A stretch of DNA of 40,901 nt, taken from positions 1-40,901 of the forward strand of contig CAZIXI010000001.1 of NCBI GenBank assembly GCA_964543115.1, given 5' to 3'. Made by a program: the position numbers and the translations under genes. The DNA comes from an uncultured bacterium (lineage in GTDB: Bacteria > Auribacterota > CAZIXI01). The notes under the pieces are model-generated. The model saw nothing but the letters and a program-made list of their open reading frames with translations, had not been told where the DNA came from and did no database searches. Shown in pieces: positions 1 through 9,516 of the stretch. Every line of letters starts with the position of its first letter. The stretch's first letter is position 1.

Positions 1-3000
1 CACCTTTCTTTCCTTCCATCCGCGCCACCCGGTTGGCCGCATACCACTGCGCGCTGACAAACGCTATCCCCTGAACAGCAAAAAGCAGGCCCAGCGGAAT
101 ACCCAGCAGCTGTAAGGCCGGTAAGCCTGCACTAATCGTTCCAGCGGCTATGGCCCCCTGAATAAGATTAAACACCAGTGCGCCGTACGCCGCCACCAGC
201 GGAAAACTCAAAACCCCGGCAACAATCCCGGCAATAAAGGCTAGCGGCCCCAAATACCGCTTGCGGGCCGCGCTGCCGCTGCTCAATTGAAACAGCCCAA
301 ACGCTAAAATAAAACCAATAACCAGCGCCGCGATTCCCGGCGCTAAAAACAACAGATTCGTTATCACCGCCTGTCCGGTAAAGAGTAGAAACGGGTTTAT
401 CCCGCCGGCAACAAGCATTGCCGCCATGCCAATAACGCTGATCATTCCGCCGGTTAACCCCCGGAAGAACCTTTTCTTACCGGTCATCGGCATCTTGGCC
501 GCCTGCTTAAGATCCTTGCGGCTGACCAGCAGAAAAATAAGCTGCGCGCTTACTCCGATAACACCCAGAACCGCTGTACCCACAATAAACATCGGCCCGG
601 CCACCGCTAGGGTAAAATGTGCCGTTCCCAAAAGTGACAGTAATCCCGTGCCAACCATTAAAGGCGCGAAAGTACCGATAATATTAAGAATTTTCTTTAA
701 ACTCGATACACCAGTGGCTCTAGCCACATAACCAAACCCCACCCGTTCACCAACCGTAACCGCCCGGGCCAGTTCCTTTACGCTCCGGTCAACAGCAGCC
801 GTGCGTTTAACCTGCGAACTCAACGCCCAGCCCACAATCAGGGTAAACACCGCCACAGCGCTGATAATTACCAGCCCGAAACCGCCGGCGGAAATCCCGG
901 CCAGCCAGGGACTCATCAATCTCACACCCTGCTCCACGGTGAATAACTTAAATAGCCAACCGATAATACCAATACCCACCGCGGCACTTGTAATTACCGC
1001 CAGCGAAGAAGGCAAATATTTTACCAGGGCCCGTCTTACCTTCTGAGTATTAAGTATCCGGCGCGAAGGCCCCTTCCCTTGTTCTTCGGTATGTTCAGCC
1101 GGCGGCTCGCTTAACATCTCGCGAATACCCTTAAGCATCTGGTAGAGCTCCTTATTCATCTTTTCTTCTGTTTCTATATATATATTACCTGTTATTCTCT
1201 CAATTTCCGCGTAAATCTGCTTCGGATTAATAAATTTCTTTCGAAACCCTGCGCCGGCCTGCATCTCCTGCAGCCGGTGCTTAACCCAGCCGCTTTTAGT
1301 TAAGAACACCGCGCGGGAATCATCAACCATCTTTAATGCCGCTGCTTGAAGTTTTTCAACTATTTGCTTCGCGTATTTTCCCGGATCATCACGCACTCCC
1401 TCCGCGCCTTGTTCACGGAAAACATCTATTAACCTTTCTTCTAATCCCTCCCAGTCAACACCAAACTCTCCCTCAAGCCATTTACCGGAAACAACCATTT
1501 GCCGCAGTTCCGCGTTTTGCAGTAAACGCGTACTCATAACCTCCCGCGCAAACTCACTTTCCTGCTCACCGGTTAATATCCTGTTATTCTTTATCTTCCG
1601 CCTCATCTCTTCAACAATGGTAAGGTCCCTTGATTTTTTAACCCCCAGCCTTCTCCGCAACTTAAGCTGATAGGGTTTCTCATTAGCCACTTTTCCTTTA
1701 AAATAATCAAGGTATTCCTCAATCAGCTTTTCATAGGTCACAAACACATTGTCTTCTACCGACCAGAATCCATACCACTCGCCGATCCTGCCGTCCCTGC
1801 CCACCCGACCCCGGAACTGGATATCGGTAGCATCCAATTCATCGCAGAAAGTGGATATTGCCGCCATCCGGTCCCCTTTAAAATCCACCCCTCTGCCGGA
1901 AAGGTTAGTGGAAACAATAATCGCCCGGCTGTCTATGGATATATCCTCAACAATATCCTTAATGGCATAATAATTATCCGAAGTGAATCTCACAATAATT
2001 GAATCAACATTAGCTATATCCACTCCATTAATAGAGAGTACGCGCACTTTATTTCCATCCGCGTCCCTTTCCCATTCCAGATCATACGTTCCCTCTTCAC
2101 CCGCCAAACTCTCTATATCTAATACTTGCTTACCGGCCAACTCACCTGTAATATTCTCTATAAATTCCCCGGCCTCTTTATCCGACTCCACCCTGAGCAG
2201 CACCGAACCAAAATCCTCGCCCGCGTGAACCGCCAGCGTCTTTCGCAGCGCCGCCTGCCGGGATTCATCCTTACTGCTAAAAACCTTTACCTCTTCTTTT
2301 CTTTTAGGGATTTTTCCCAGCTGCACCACCTCTTTATCGTACACCCGCTCCATAAATTCCGCATCCAGAGTAGCGCTGGCCGCGGTAAACTTTATTCCCG
2401 CCAAACCCAATACCTCCGGCAGGGTCATTGAGGCAATAGTGGGCTTATCCGCTTCCGCCCGCAGCCCGTGCTTTATCCGGATGGCGTTATCCACACCAAA
2501 ACTCCATTTCCTCCCGGGCAGTTCCCGGCCCGTGGCCCGGTCCAAGATAATCACCTCTTTCTCTTCGTCACCTTTGATTATATAATCTACTCCGCTAAGC
2601 CTCTCACCTTCCACATACTCCCCGCCCTGATAGAACACATAGGAAGTCAGGGCCAGCTGAACGAATTCCCGCCACAGATACAAATCACCGGCACTGAACG
2701 GCCGGCCTTTCTTCTGCCGGTAAACATCGCCCTCTTCCTGCTTTTCCAATATACCTTCCAATTTCATTAAACCCTCAGGAGTCAACACTACCCTTCTCGC
2801 CGATGAATCCATACTGCAAAAAATCGTATTGGGCCGGCCCTTACTGAAAAAACCATACTGTTTAATTATTTCATCCGCTGCCAGCTGCATCTGCAGCCTC
2901 TCTTCTGCCGCTTCCGTCAACTCCGCGATCTCCGCCGCGCCGGAGATAATACAGGGAGTCTGTATCTGCAGGTCCAGCGGCACATCACCTTCATCAAACA

Positions 3001-6000
3001 TGAGGAAATAATCTTGTTCCCCCAGCCTCAGCGCAATATCATCTTCTGATCTCACCGTATATAGATCCTCTTCTAATCTGTGTACAAAATTATAGGCATT
3101 AACATAAATAAGATCCGCCCGGCGATAAAGCTCCTTTTCCGTAACTTCTTCCCTAGCGCCATCCTGCCCCACAAGATAAGCCTTACGCTCACCTGCCACA
3201 GAAACAACATAGCCCACCCCGACCTCTAACAACCCCAGAACACCCGCCGCCTGCAAGGCATCTCTTTCCACCAGATTTTCTTCCGTACAAATAACCTGCT
3301 TTTCTTTCCTGCCTTTCTTCCGCTCACCTTCCAGCCATCTCAGGCAGGCAGCAGCCATAAAGGCAAAGGTCTTTCCGGCAGATGTAGGCACATTGGCCAG
3401 TTTCTCCCTGTACATCAACCGCGCCGCTCTTTTCTGATCTGCCCATTTATCATCTTTCCACACCTTTTCCAACCCTTGAGACTTAATAATCGCTTTCTTA
3501 ACCATAGCCAACGCCGTTTTTATCTCATCGGTCCCTAAACTGCCGCTTCCCGCTAATAATTCTTTCAACATAGCGAAATCAACTTCAGCTGCCCGCACCA
3601 CCGCCGAGCCTTCTTCCTCCGGCTCCTCCTCGGTCTTCATCTCCTCCCCTTCTTCCGGCTGTTCACGTAACTGTTCTATTATTCCCGCTAACATAAGTAA
3701 CTTTTCATCTATCCTGCCTAAAATTTCTCTTACCGCACTAAGATTATGCCTGTTGCGCACAATCCCTCTCGCTTCCCCTAATCCGCTTAAGACAACCTGT
3801 AATTCCTCTGCCCGTTCACGCCTGCCGGCAGGATCAATAGCGACAGGCACTGATTCAACTATCGATTCATGAATACCCTTTTCTACTTCAACTAATAACA
3901 ATTTCGCCGCTGCCAGATCCTCCTTGCTCTCCTCTTTCTTAATCCTTTCTTCTTCCTTCTTTACTTCGGCAATGCCTTTTTCCTGCGCGTCCGCCTGCTC
4001 ATATAAATGCGCTATTATCTCTTCCGGCACAAGCAGCAGTTCATCTATCTCAGTCAATGCCATATGCACTGTCTGATCATCATGCCTGTTCTGGAGCGCC
4101 CCCCTGGCCTCAACAATGCTGTTAAACATAACACCGATTTCCTGCGCCCGCTCACGTTTGCCCGCCGGATCCTCCGGCACAGGCGTTACCTTAACAATAA
4201 CTTCACGAACAGCCCTTTCTACCGCACTCTGGAAGAACGCCGCTTCGGCCAAGTCACCTGCCCTTTCTTCGGCTTCAATACCATCAGGATGGTGTTCACC
4301 TTCAACAGGTATTTCTTCCGCAACCTCCTCATCCGCGCGCCATATTTCCGGCTCTTCCCCGCCGGCAGCAAATTTACTAACAATATCCTTCAAGCCGTAT
4401 TTACCGCCATGTTTATAGGCCTCAAATAATATTGCTACCTGTTTTTCCGTCAGGTCCAGTCTTTTACCAATATCTTTTATTTTAGCGCGATGTTCTTCCA
4501 GTTGAAAAAATAAATACTCGGACCCGGAACCCACTATTTCTTTTGTGAATTCTTCCGGTTCAGTAAAATTATCATCAATCCAGGTTAATAAATATGTTAG
4601 CTCCGCTGTTTCTCCATCCAGCAATCCTGACCAGGCTTCCGCTTCCGCCCTGACCCGCATTTCCTGCCTTGCCTGGCGCAAGAAGTCGTCCCTTAACGTC
4701 ACTACTTTTTTCTTAAAAATCCTTCTTCTTTTATTATGATCTATACTCTCATCGCCTAGAATTTTTAGAATCTGCTCGTCCGCATCCTCAGTACTCAAAC
4801 CAACAACCTGCGCAAATGCCCGTACTTTTTTAGTTAATTCTTCCTTATCCAGAGACTGCGGCTCTTTCGACGAAAAAACCCTTTCCATCAACCAATCGAT
4901 CTTTTTCCTTTGTCTTTCTAACGCCCTTACCTGGACCAGCGCTTTCTGCATAAGACCGGGCCTTACCTGCCCCCTTTCCAAAACCCTTCTCAGTCCCGCT
5001 TCCCCTTGGCGGGAATAAACATAATAGAAATAACTATGACCAAAATGAGCCCGCTCTATCTGTTGATCCCTTAATCCTGATCTTCTCTCCAGGCTGATTA
5101 AACGGGACTCCATCACGCTTTCACTTCTCGTTAACATATTCATATCCGTTGTTTCTAATTGCTCCAGATCAATCGTCTCCACCAATTCTAAAATCCCATC
5201 TGCCAATCGTATTGCTGCCGGAAAATACAATTCAAGTTCACGCAGTTCCTCATTTGTCAGCGGCAATTCCCGCAGCTGCCTCTTCCTCAGCAAATATCTG
5301 ATTCCATATCCTCCTAGGACAAGCAAAATAATTCCGCCGGCCATAGTAACACCAAACCCCAGATTACCGCAGGAAGTCAGGGTCAACGCTGAAACCGCCA
5401 GTAAAATGATACTTCTGAGAACTCCTGCCGCCCGTTTTCCTACTGGACTATCCAGTAAAGATTTCTGGGCAGGGGAAATTAGCGGGAAAGGTATCGGCTG
5501 TGCTGCTTCCTCTCTCTCTACTACTTCCGGCACAATTTCTCCTTCTTCTATTACGTAGACTAACTCTCCCGGCTGTAATTCTCCCTCTTCCAGTTCCTCT
5601 AGGATTTCCACTCCTGTTGTTTCCTCATCCCTTTCCACCATAACTGACTTGGCAATGAGCCAAGAACGATAAAAATATTTCGCCACCAGCACCACGACAG
5701 CAACAGCACTACCAACACACACATATTTTAGCAGCATATCTGCCTTTGCTATCACAATATTAACTAAACTATCCATGCCCACAAGCCAGGTTATTGTTCC
5801 TAAAAACACAACCGTTACCAGAAAAACGAGCCAACGCTGTTTGTTTTTTTCTTTTCTTTCTTCCTCCGCCTTCTCTTCCCGTTTCCTCCACTCACTGGTA
5901 ACCTCCGCTAAATCCTCATTCATTTCTCCCGCAAACCACTGCTCTTCAGCCGGCTCGAATGCGGGAATCTGTTCTTCTATTTCTTCAGAAACAGGAAGCA

Positions 6001-8239
6001 GGGCCAACGGCTCACTCACCGCAGGCAGCGCGGGCGGAAGATCTTCCTCCTCCTTATCCCGGTAATGCCTGCGCCTCACCGGCCTTTTCTTGTAGGCATC
6101 CTTCTTGCCGGCATACAGCTTACGCCAGACATCCTCCGCATCTTTTTTACTAAGAAAATAAACTATTATCTTTTTGTCATCCTTACCGGTTATTTCCTTT
6201 CTGTCCATTTTCTTTCCGGCCAGTCTCCGCTTCCACCTCCTCTCTTCCCGCGGCCGCATCACCACCGCTTGAAGCTCACTGTCCTGGAAACTGAACGTAT
6301 GCGTCAGGGCCATATGGTTGGGTGAAATCTTCAGTTCATCAATCCCCGCTATTGCCTGTTGCAATTCCGCGATTAACTCTTCTGCTTCATTTGTGTCTAC
6401 ATCGATCTTCTCCCCTAAAGACACATAGGCATCCAGATTCCTGATCCACTGCTTGAGAAACTGCTTAAATTTTCGTTTTGTGTTCTTGAGGCCCTTACCA
6501 ATATTCACTGACAGAAAAATGCTATTAGCGTAGTTCTGAAATTCGGCCAGCAGCGGTTCCCTCCTTCCGGTTAAATCAGCGGGGTTTGTGAATATCACCG
6601 GATTGGCCAGGCGCTGACCTCTTTCCTGCAGGAGGCGCTCAAACGGACTTTTCACGTCCATCATCAGGTCAAGGTACTTTTTATCCAGGTCCGGCTCTAT
6701 CTTTGTTATCATTGGTGAAACAACCAAATAAGAAATATCCTTTTCTTTGAATCTATCGACAAGGCCCGCTGTGTGGAATCCGCCGGCAACCAGAAATCCC
6801 ACATCTATTTTTTCCTCATTCATCTTTTTAAAGAAATTGCTTACTATCGCCTCATCCCGCTTCAAGGCCAGGCGGTAGAACCGCTCAAACACGCTGAATT
6901 CCGGAACATTCAATTTATCCACCGCCACCGGCACCCGGCCATACTTCACTAACAGCCCGTTAGCCGCTGTTGCCAGCCTGGCAAAATCCATCTCCGCTTT
7001 ATGATCCCGGTAAAAGCCCTGCTCCTTGCGGCTGAGCTTTAAACCCGCCAGATGTTCAAGAACAATAAACGCCGTAATTAATCTATCTAGCTCATTCTGT
7101 TCCTTCTCGTTAAACAACCGTTCTTTCAAATCCTTCTCCAGCCTCTCTGATTCCGCGAACAATTCTTCGGGATTAACCTTAGCGTGCAGCTCCACAAGCT
7201 TCATATATTTTTGCAGATCCGGATAATCTTCATTCTTAAGGCCGTAATTTGTAATCAACCCTGCTAAATTCTCGTAAAAGCACTTTGCCTGGACCTTTCC
7301 CAGCCTCAACTGCAGGCTCAGCTTGATCAACCCCTGCGCCTCTTCCGTCACCATACAATCGAGTAATTGCTGAATAACAACCTGTCTCTGGGCCGCCACT
7401 TTATCCATCTCCAGGGAATTTTGTAATTCCAGAGAATCCACGGCAAACTTAATCTGCGGATACTCAGCCAGAGAAAGATTAGCAGTTTCAACATACCCCA
7501 GCAGCATATTCAGATATACCGAAAAGTCCGCCTCCCCTTTCCCGTAAGTAACAGCCACCCTGGCCAGCTTGGTTAATTCTTCCGGAAACAGCTTTTCAAT
7601 CAATCCCTCCAATCCGGTTCTCAGCTTCTTCAGGCAGGCAAGTACTACCGGCTTGGTCTCCTGCGCCTGCCGGAACACCGCCAGATTCTCTTTGTAGAGC
7701 GCTATCTCTTCAATACCGTAGAGCTCCACATTGTCCGCGGCGAAAATTGAAAAATACTCCGCGCCATTAAACAGCGCGTTTTTAAAATAGTGGTCGATAA
7801 CAATCTTTTTTACCTCCTGGTCAGGCACTGTCTTGAATCTCACTGCAGTGAGCGGCCCGCTGGCGCCCTCTACGGCAACCAGTTTCTTACCATCGTTAAA
7901 ATACATTTTCGTCAGGTGACCTAGAAGTTTCGCGTGATTAGCCTGTGCTTCGTAATTGGCGTGAGAATCCTGGATATGGATTACGATTTTCCCGTTATTT
8001 CCGCTTTGGCGCTCTTTTATCATACCGAAATCAGCCGGAACGGAAAGATCGTCAACGGAGGGAAAGGAATTCTTAATAAGAGGCATTATTTCCCGGGAAT
8101 TTTGAAGGTTGATGCTGGAAGTCCCCTGAATAGACATCGGCGTACCCTGCGCCCAGACATAGTTCTGGCAGCTAAAACATATTATTATAATATAAGTAAT
8201 AATATGAGCTAATATCCTGTATTTATTTAAAGACAACAT
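1..8239 (-). CDS. Giant polytopic membrane protein (>=2746 aa, C-terminus left of window) with an embedded SecA-like ATPase motor. Absent from the supplied ORF track.
   Basis: I translated the reverse complement by hand across the whole interval. The ATG is at 8239 (cat at 8237-8239) with GGGGGA about 9 nt upstream. There is no stop in that frame down to base 2, giving 2746 codons. The N-terminus MLSLNKYRILAHIITYIIIICFSCQNYVWAQG looks like a signal peptide or anchor. Hydrophobic segments lie at about 5660-5830 and 5290-5420, and many TM-like helices fill 2-1010. The track lists no minus-strand ORF in 1-8239, which fits a single open frame whose stop lies outside the window. Confidence 0.85.
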   Translation of the reverse strand, partial: MLSLNKYRILAHIITYIIIICFSCQNYVWAQGTPMSIQGTSSINLQNSREIMPLIKNSFPSVDDLSVPADFGMIKERQSGNNGKIVIHIQDSHANYEAQANHAKLLGHLTKMYFNDGKKLVAVEGASGPLTAVRFKTVPDQEVKKIVIDHYFKNALFNGAEYFSIFAADNVELYGIEEIALYKENLAVFRQAQETKPVVLACLKKLRTGLEGLIEKLFPEELTKLARVAVTYGKGEADFSVYLNMLLGYVETANLSLAEYPQIKFAVDSLELQNSLEMDKVAAQRQVVIQQLLDCMVTEEAQGLIKLSLQLRLGKVQAKCFYENLAGLITNYGLKNEDYPDLQKYMKLVELHAKVNPEELFAESERLEKDLKERLFNEKEQNELDRLITAFIVLEHLAGLKLSRKEQGFYRDHKAEMDFARLATAANGLLVKYGRVPVAVDKLNVPEFSVFERFYRLALKRDEAIVSNFFKKMNEEKIDVGFLVAGGFHTAGLVDRFKEKDISYLVVSPMITKIEPDLDKKYLDLMMDVKSPFERLLQERGQRLANPVIFTNPADLTGRREPLLAEFQNYANSIFLSVNIGKGLKNTKRKFKQFLKQWIRNLDAYVSLGEKIDVDTNEAEELIAELQQAIAGIDELKISPNHMALTHTFSFQDSELQAVVMRPREERRWKRRLAGKKMDRKEITGKDDKKIIVYFLSKKDAEDVWRKLYAGKKDAYKKRPVRRRHYRDKEEEDLPPALPAVSEPLALLPVSEEIEEQIPAFEPAEEQWFAGEMNEDLAEVTSEWRKREEKAEEERKEKNKQRWLVFLVTVVFLGTITWLVGMDSLVNIVIAKADMLLKYVCVGSAVAVVVLVAKYFYRSWLIAKSVMVERDEETTGVEILEELEEGELQPGELVYVIEEGEIVPEVVEREEAAQPIPFPLISPAQKSLLDSPVGKRAAGVLRSIILLAVSALTLTSCGNLGFGVTMAGGIILLVLGGYGIRYLLRKRQLRELPLTNEELRELELYFPAAIRLADGILELVETIDLEQLETTDMNMLTRSESVMESRLISLERRSGLRDQQIERAHFGHSYFYYVYSRQGEAGLRRVLERGQVRPGLMQKALVQVRALERQRKKIDWLMERVFSSKEPQSLDKEELTKKVRAFAQVVGLSTEDADEQILKILGDESIDHNKRRRIFKKKVVTLRDDFLRQARQEMRVRAEAEAWSGLLDGETAELTYLLTWIDDNFTEPEEFTKEIVGSGSEYLFFQLEEHRAKIKDIGKRLDLTEKQVAILFEAYKHGGKYGLKDIVSKFAAGGEEPEIWRADEEVAEEIPVEGEHHPDGIEAEERAGDLAEAAFFQSAVERAVREVIVKVTPVPEDPAGKRERAQEIGVMFNSIVEARGALQNRHDDQTVHMALTEIDELLLVPEEIIAHLYEQADAQEKGIAEVKKEEERIKKEESKEDLAAAKLLLVEVEKGIHESIVESVPVAIDPAGRRERAEELQVVLSGLGEARGIVRNRHNLSAVREILGRIDEKLLMLAGIIEQLREQPEEGEEMKTEEEPEEEGSAVVRAAEVDFAMLKELLAGSGSLGTDEIKTALAMVKKAIIKSQGLEKVWKDDKWADQKRAARLMYREKLANVPTSAGKTFAFMAAACLRWLEGERKKGRKEKQVICTEENLVERDALQAAGVLGLLEVGVGYVVSVAGERKAYLVGQDGAREEVTEKELYRRADLIYVNAYNFVHRLEEDLYTVRSEDDIALRLGEQDYFLMFDEGDVPLDLQIQTPCIISGAAEIAELTEAAEERLQMQLAADEIIKQYGFFSKGRPNTIFCSMDSSARRVVLTPEGLMKLEGILEKQEEGDVYRQKKGRPFSAGDLYLWREFVQLALTSYVFYQGGEYVEGERLSGVDYIIKGDEEKEVIILDRATGRELPGRKWSFGVDNAIRIKHGLRAEADKPTIASMTLPEVLGLAGIKFTAASATLDAEFMERVYDKEVVQLGKIPKRKEEVKVFSSKDESRQAALRKTLAVHAGEDFGSVLLRVESDKEAGEFIENITGELAGKQVLDIESLAGEEGTYDLEWERDADGNKVRVLSINGVDIANVDSIIVRFTSDNYYAIKDIVEDISIDSRAIIVSTNLSGRGVDFKGDRMAAISTFCDELDATDIQFRGRVGRDGRIGEWYGFWSVEDNVFVTYEKLIEEYLDYFKGKVANEKPYQLKLRRRLGVKKSRDLTIVEEMRRKIKNNRILTGEQESEFAREVMSTRLLQNAELRQMVVSGKWLEGEFGVDWEGLEERLIDVFREQGAEGVRDDPGKYAKQIVEKLQAAALKMVDDSRAVFLTKSGWVKHRLQEMQAGAGFRKKFINPKQIYAEIERITGNIYIETEEKMNKELYQMLKGIREMLSEPPAEHTEEQGKGPSRRILNTQKVRRALVKYLPSSLAVITSAAVGIGIIGWLFKLFTVEQGVRLMSPWLAGISAGGFGLVIISAVAVFTLIVGWALSSQVKRTAAVDRSVKELARAVTVGERVGFGYVARATGVSSLKKILNIIGTFAPLMVGTGLLSLLGTAHFTLAVAGPMFIVGTAVLGVIGVSAQLIFLLVSRKDLKQAAKMPMTGKKRFFRGLTGGMISVIGMAAMLVAGGINPFLLFTGQAVITNLLFLAPGIAALVIGFILAFGLFQLSSGSAARKRYLGPLAFIAGIVAGVLSFPLVAAYGALVFNLIQGAIAAGTISAGLPALQLLGIPLGLLFAVQGIAFVSAQWYAANRVARMEGKKG
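1740..3400 (-). other. SecA-like motor domain (NBD1, preprotein-crosslinking-like insert, NBD2) inside the giant ORF
   Basis: The following motifs occur in SecA order. Walker A VPTSAGKTF (3362-3391). ICTEENLVERD (cf. SecA VTVNDYLAxRD). LMFDEGD (DEGD at 2984-2995, cf. DEVD) followed by TPCIISG (cf. TPLIISG). VVLTPEGL. DYIIKG..EVIILDRATGRELPGRKWSFGVDNAIRIKHG (cf. DYIV.DGEV.IVDE.TGR..GRR.S.GLHQA.EAKEG). PTIASMT (cf. QTLASIT). IIVSTNLSGRGVDF (1880-1915, cf. TIATNMAGRGTDI). QFRGRVGRDGRIG (cf. QLRGRSGRQGD). Confidence 0.8.
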
Positions 8240-8316
8240 ATCTATATCCCCCGTAAAAGTAGTGAAGTTACAAGGAAAGTAGAGAGAAAATTTCTAACCC
8301 TCGCTTAGTTATAATA

Positions 8317-8331
8317 ACAAGAATGGTGCCA
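8317..8331 (-). promoter_or_regulatory. Weak sigma54-like -24/-12 element upstream of giant ORF 1
   Basis: The minus strand reads TGGCAC-cattc-TTGT. The -24 half is perfect but the -12 GC is replaced by GT. It lies about 78 nt upstream of the ATG at 8239. Confidence 0.3.
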
Positions 8332-8537
8332 GGATAAGAAATTGACCAAAAAAGAAGTTTACACTTTGGCTTGCAAACACTTAGGCGGGTAGATCGGATT
8401 CTTTTTTGCTGCTTAATTTAGGCAACTTATATAATAAATTATATATTTTAAGGTAATATATTTCTTATCAATCTGACAGAAAAATCAACCATTGACATTT
8501 TTGGTGTGTAGAACAGGATCTTCTCCCCAGTTAGACA

Positions 8538-8566
8538 TTGACTTTCTAATAAATATGTAATATAAT
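8538..8566 (+). promoter_or_regulatory. Sigma70-type promoter for hicB-hicA
   Basis: TTGACT (8538-8543), a 17-nt spacer, then TATAAT (8561-8566). AGGAGG at 8581-8586 precedes the ATG at 8595. Confidence 0.55.
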
Positions 8567-8594
8567 TTTCGTAAAGGAAAAGGAGGATATCAAA

Positions 8595-8819
8595 ATGGCC
8601 TTAAGACGATTTAAGATAATATTAGAACCTGAAGCGGAGGGAGGATATTCTGTATATGTTCCTTCACTTCCGGGGTGTACAACTCAAGGTGAAACACCAG
8701 AAGAATGCCTGAGAAATGCCAGAGAAGCAATCAATTTATTTATCCAATCACTACTGGATGATAATCTCTCTCTCCCGGAATCCGATGTGTTACTCGAAGA
8801 GATAGAGGTTAAAGTTTGA
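8595..8819 (+). CDS. hicB: HicB-family antitoxin (UPF0150-type, short form without DNA-binding tail)
   Basis: 74 aa. FKIILEPEAEGGYSVYVPSLPGCTTQGETPEECLRNAREAI matches the HicB N-terminal fold pattern. There is a strong RBS. The stop overlaps the start of the next gene. Confidence 0.85.
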   Translation: MALRRFKIILEPEAEGGYSVYVPSLPGCTTQGETPEECLRNAREAINLFIQSLLDDNLSLPESDVLLEEIEVKV

Positions 8820-9052
8820 AGGTCCCTTCTTTGCCCCAGATCCCCGGCAACCGCGTAGTTCGCGCTTTGGAAAAAGCAGGATTTATTGTGTTGAGACAAA
8901 GCGGCTCACATGTAGTATTGCGTCACAGGAATGAGCTCCGCCGCAGAACTGTAATCCCTCTCCATGGATCTAAGCCCGTTAAACCAGGCACTCTGCGGGC
9001 TATCCTCAAAGGCACCAATGTAACAATTGAGGAATTCAAAAAACTGCTCTAA
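8816..9052 (+). CDS. hicA: HicA-family mRNA interferase toxin
   Basis: 78 aa. VVRALEKAGFIVLRQSGSHVVLRH...IPLHGSKPVKPGTLRAILK is the YcfA/HicA signature (GSH ... P.H ... G.L). A TTG start at 8816 overlaps the hicB TGA (8817-8819). Confidence 0.9.
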   Translation: MKVPSLPQIPGNRVVRALEKAGFIVLRQSGSHVVLRHRNELRRRTVIPLHGSKPVKPGTLRAILKGTNVTIEEFKKLL

Positions 9053-9057
9053 TTAAA

Positions 9058-9492
9058 CTAAGAACCCGCAGGACCTTGCGTAATTACCCGCCCGTCAACG
9101 CAGAGTTTATTTTCCAGGCCGTCATGACAGCCATCATAACAACCAGCGATTAATGTGGCTGACGTACTGCTGTCATTTAAGCCCGCTACATACCAATAGT
9201 CCGGAGCCGCCACCGTGCCCTCATAGGAATGTGAGACACAATCAAAAATTTCCGCGTCATCTATATAATCGGGATGAAGTTTATCGCCCCACGGTTCTGA
9301 GGGAAACTCACCGTTATTTTTTAATCCATATAAATGCAGGGCAACACCGATCTGTTTTAGATTATTGGCGCAACTGGTCCTTTGCGCCAGCCGTTTGCTT
9401 TTACCCAGCATCGGCAGCAGAAATCCCAGCAAAATTACGGTAATGGCCATGACCATCATCAACTCCATCAACGTAAATCCCTCCCTCCTCAC
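9058..9492 (-). CDS. Prepilin-type N-terminal cleavage/methylation protein with C-terminal H-X9-DG motif (type II secretion pseudopilin-like)
   Basis: The leader and cleavage site read (M)RREG|FTLMELMMVMAITVILLG. SCANNLKQIGVALHLY follows. The C-terminus reads CHDGLENKLCVDG, which is H-X9-DG. The track ORF extends to 9549 from a GTG, but those extra 19 codons translate a repeat arm. The GTG at 9492 has GGAGG 8 nt upstream and gives a normal short leader. Confidence 0.85.
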   Translation of the reverse strand: MRREGFTLMELMMVMAITVILLGFLLPMLGKSKRLAQRTSCANNLKQIGVALHLYGLKNNGEFPSEPWGDKLHPDYIDDAEIFDCVSHSYEGTVAAPDYWYVAGLNDSSTSATLIAGCYDGCHDGLENKLCVDGRVITQGPAGS

Positions 9493-9516
9493 AGCCACCA
9501 CCTCCGTGTTAAATTT

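Noticed and set aside
426-8212. About 25 plus-strand ORFs of 60-140 aa listed in the track across the first 8.2 kb
   Set aside because: They lie antisense to the continuous 2746-codon minus-strand frame. They have Ser/Pro/Leu-rich shadow-frame composition, no RBS and no recognisable motifs.
8240-8594. Possible small RNA or tRNA in the divergent intergenic region, and similar checks at 19026-19482, 29864-30275 and 32790-32995
   Set aside because: I could not trace any cloverleaf-compatible stems or conserved tRNA boxes by eye. These regions are AT-rich and better explained by promoters.
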